A DNA stretch of 64,000 nucleotides from Chthoniobacteraceae bacterium (GTDB lineage Bacteria; Verrucomicrobiota; Verrucomicrobiia; Chthoniobacterales; Chthoniobacteraceae). The stretch covers positions 81,500-145,499 of the forward strand of contig JBIIMJ010000003.1 in the NCBI GenBank assembly GCA_044338075.1, in the 5' to 3' direction. Shown piece after piece: positions 63,726 through 64,000 of the stretch. A program made the translations under genes and the position numbers. How positions within the stretch are numbered: position 1 is the stretch's first letter; every line of letters starts with the position of its first letter. The notes under the pieces were generated by a model, which ran no database searches, had not been told where the DNA came from, and saw nothing but the letters and a program-made list of their open reading frames with translations.

Positions 63726-64000
63726 CTACTCTTCGCTTTTATTTTGACCTCCGCGCCGGGTCGCGAGCAGATCGCAGAGGCCGCGTTTTTTTGCGCCGGC
63801 GATGAAGTCCCAGAATGTGCGGCCCACGTTTGTCCATTCCTCTTCTAGTGAAGCGGTGAGGGCTTGTGTGGTGTTTTTTCCGGAGCGGTAGAGGAGGTCG
63901 AATGCGCGTTTGATTTCTGCGCGCTGCGGGGCGGTGAAGCCGTTGCGGCGGAGTCCGACGACATTGAGTCCGGCGACACCGTTGATATTCGCTGCGAGAA
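63726..64000 (-). CDS. lpxA: acyl-ACP--UDP-N-acetylglucosamine O-acyltransferase, C-terminal 90 codons (5' end beyond the window)
   Basis: Manual reverse-strand translation: ...NVVGLRRNGFTAPQRAEIKRAFDLLYRSGKNTTQALTASLEEE... This matches the helical C-terminal domain of LpxA. TAG stop at 63728-63726. Confidence 0.75.
   Translation of the reverse strand, partial: LAANINGVAGLNVVGLRRNGFTAPQRAEIKRAFDLLYRSGKNTTQALTASLEEEWTNVGRTFWDFIAGAKKRGLCDLLATRRGGQNKSEE

Noticed and set aside
63596-63805. 69-aa plus-strand ORF overlapping the lpxA 3' end
   Set aside because: It overlaps the well-supported lpxA C-terminus on the opposite strand and has no motifs.

Overview
This is a GC-rich bacterial chromosomal window whose gene content looks like the PVC superphylum, most likely Verrucomicrobiota. 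The clues are a PSCyt/DUF1549/DUF1553 plus DUF1501 pair, a prepilin-type N-terminal methylation protein, a long-form IspG and large Gly-rich/FG-GAP proteins. This placement is an inference, not a computed result. I call about 48 densely packed protein-coding genes, many with 4-bp start/stop overlaps. From left to right the window holds: comM (partial), a Ser/Thr kinase, trxA, an epimerase and an M20 peptidase. Next comes a long envelope block: alpha-2-macroglobulin, pbpC, waaA, lptD, then cdsA-dxr-rseP-ispG. After that: two lipoproteins, sufT, amtB-glnK with a candidate sigma-54 promoter, and the PSCyt/DUF1553 plus DUF1501 pair. Then a DUF116::polyprenyl-synthase fusion convergent with a GT4-fusion/GH130-like pair, followed by a PHP histidinol phosphatase, folP, mtnP, a LysR regulator, yggS, a DUF971 protein, manA and an orphan sigma-54 enhancer-binding response regulator. 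Then a cbiX-DR2241-amidohydrolase-DD-carboxypeptidase operon, a 1426-aa Gly-rich repeat protein, an OB-HD nuclease, a pseudopilin, a PPC-domain protein, a stand-alone CHASE2 protein and lpxA (partial). I found no rRNA, tRNA, CRISPR array, transposase, integrase, prophage or recognisable defence system. No single obvious novel multi-gene system stands out. The items most worth follow-up are the giant Gly-rich protein with a non-Sec N-terminal motif, the DUF116::polyprenyl-synthase fusion with its neighbouring glycan gene pair, a tail-anchored protein with a repeated KKET-x-RI-x-LP motif, and a GH75-like lipoprotein. All calls come from reading the translations and DNA by eye; no searches were run.
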